DNA of 62,802 nucleotides from an uncultured Nitrospirales bacterium (lineage in GTDB: Bacteria > Hydrogenedentota > Hydrogenedentia > Hydrogenedentales > GCA-2746185): positions 1 through 62,802 of the forward strand of contig CAYPNI010000005.1 of NCBI GenBank assembly GCA_964411925.1, given 5' to 3'. The notes under the pieces were generated by a model, which was not told the DNA's origin, did not search any database, and was given only the letters and a program-made list of their open reading frames with translations. This document shows, one piece after another, positions 62,090-62,802 of this stretch. Position 1 is the stretch's first letter. Each line of letters begins with the position of its first letter. The position numbers were made by a program, and so were the translations under genes.

Positions 62090-62437
62090 TCATCGGCCAA
62101 GCACGATATCGATCCCGTTGAGGATCTGCGCGAAGAGTTTTGACGGGACGCGCCCCACGCGCTCGACAAGAAACGAACGGTCGATGCTGACAAGTTGGGA
62201 GGCATTCGCAACCGAATCCTTGGGAAGGCCCGTCGTCTTCGCCCGCAGCAGCGTGTTTCCCGGAGCGTCGGCCCAGACTAAGTTGCTCGTCAGCGGCACG
62301 CACACGACCGTCGCGATTCGGCTCCGGTTCAGTGGGTCGCCCTGAACGATTATTACCGGGCGGCGAAACCCGGGTCCCGAACCGGCCGGGTCCGGTAATT
62401 CAGCCCACCAGATCTCCGTCTGGTTGACGTCTACCAC
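62090..62437 (-). CDS. mazF: Type II TA toxin, PemK/MazF family endoribonuclease
   Basis: EIWWAEL.DP.GS.PG.RRPVIIVQ.D..NRSRI.TVVCVPLTSNL, DSVANASQL..IDR..L.ERVG. Confidence 0.92.
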   Translation of the reverse strand: MVDVNQTEIWWAELPDPAGSGPGFRRPVIIVQGDPLNRSRIATVVCVPLTSNLVWADAPGNTLLRAKTTGLPKDSVANASQLVSIDRSFLVERVGRVPSKLFAQILNGIDIVLGR

Positions 62438-62670
62438 TCGGTGCGCTCGAGCGTCCGCCGCGCGGCCGCAGCAATAAACACGTCGGGCGCGGTTTCATCC
62501 AGCCGCTCGATCACCTGGTTCATACCCAGCGTCACCTCGTCCGGCGCATGCCGCGCGAGGTACTCGGCAAGCGCCTCGGAGTAAAGCTGGCTGCGGGATT
62601 TGTGAGTCCGTTTCGCCTGGCGCTCGGCTTCATCGAACAGGTCATCGGGCAGCGATATCGCCGTTTTCAT
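62431..62670 (-). CDS. Type II TA antitoxin with ribbon-helix-helix (CopG-like) domain
   Basis: MKTAISLPDDLF...SRSQLYSEAL.EYL RHH pattern; overlaps the toxin start by 7 nt. Confidence 0.9.
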   Translation of the reverse strand: MKTAISLPDDLFDEAERQAKRTHKSRSQLYSEALAEYLARHAPDEVTLGMNQVIERLDETAPDVFIAAAARRTLERTEW

Positions 62671-62676
62671 ACCGAT

Positions 62677-62705
62677 AGTATAACCGAGTTATCTTCCGCG
62701 TGCAA
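62677..62705 (-). promoter_or_regulatory. Sigma-70 promoter of the TA operon (TTGCAC-17-TATACT), leaderless geometry, with overlapping inverted-repeat operator
   Basis: Minus strand TTGCAC gcggaagataactcggt TATACT atcggt ATG; inverted repeat ATAAC-N3-GTTAT at 62680-62692. Confidence 0.75.
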
Positions 62706-62719
62706 GCCGTAAGTCCCCG

Positions 62720-62802
62720 CTACCGGCGCATCAGCCACACCTCGGACACGAGCGTGCCCCAGCCGCCGGTGTTGCGCCAGATGGACACGTCCGAGGCGAG
62801 CC
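62720..62802 (-). CDS. 3' end of an unidentified gene truncated by the window edge
   Basis: Open frame ...LASDVSIWRNTGGWGTLVSEVWLMRR* ending in TAG at 62720-62722. Confidence 0.45.
   Translation of the reverse strand, partial: LASDVSIWRNTGGWGTLVSEVWLMRR

Overview
62.8 kb of GC-rich bacterial chromosome with no CRISPR array, rRNA, integrase or transposase that I can recognise. The gene repertoire (three Tat-exported Gfo/Idh/MocA oxidoreductases, a DUF1592/DUF1552 pair, DUF4838-PA14, sulfatase, GH16, eukaryote-like kinases) suggests a Planctomycetes-like or Hydrogenedentes-like heterotroph; this is inference only. Layout: (1) tRNA-Ser(CGA) and a Tat oxidoreductase. (2) An ~8.1 kb operon encoding a class III cyclase-Ser/Thr kinase-TM-WD40 receptor and two tandem RoxA-like di-haem lipoproteins, bracketed by two ~66-bp intergenic direct repeats (54/66 identical by hand alignment) that carry a TTCCCTG-N4-CAGGGAA palindrome and a tRNA-3'-end-like tail. 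(3) A ~27 kb surface-glycan locus (10.2-36.8 kb) with four GT-C-like membrane proteins, PhyH, GalE, GT4, WbsX, two methyltransferases, a DUF115-GT4-2xLRR fusion and wzm/wzt, interrupted by an opposite-strand module of phage-fibre-like genes around an ECF sigma/anti-sigma pair. (4) Kef-type antiporter, GH16, aldolase-like protein and a periplasmic carbohydrate/oxidoreductase run. (5) DUF1592/DUF1552, a kinase-TPR receptor, a hypothetical-VOC-enoyl-CoA hydratase operon, a sulfatase and a MazEF-like TA pair with a probably leaderless promoter. Best candidates for new biology: an FkbM methyltransferase with about 34 tandem 10-aa helical repeats next to wzt (possible non-coiled-coil chain-length ruler), the att-like repeat-bounded cyclase-kinase/di-haem cassette with charge-swapped cyclase specificity residues, and the signal-peptide-bearing phage-fibre module. 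All family calls come from motifs read by eye; no searches were run.
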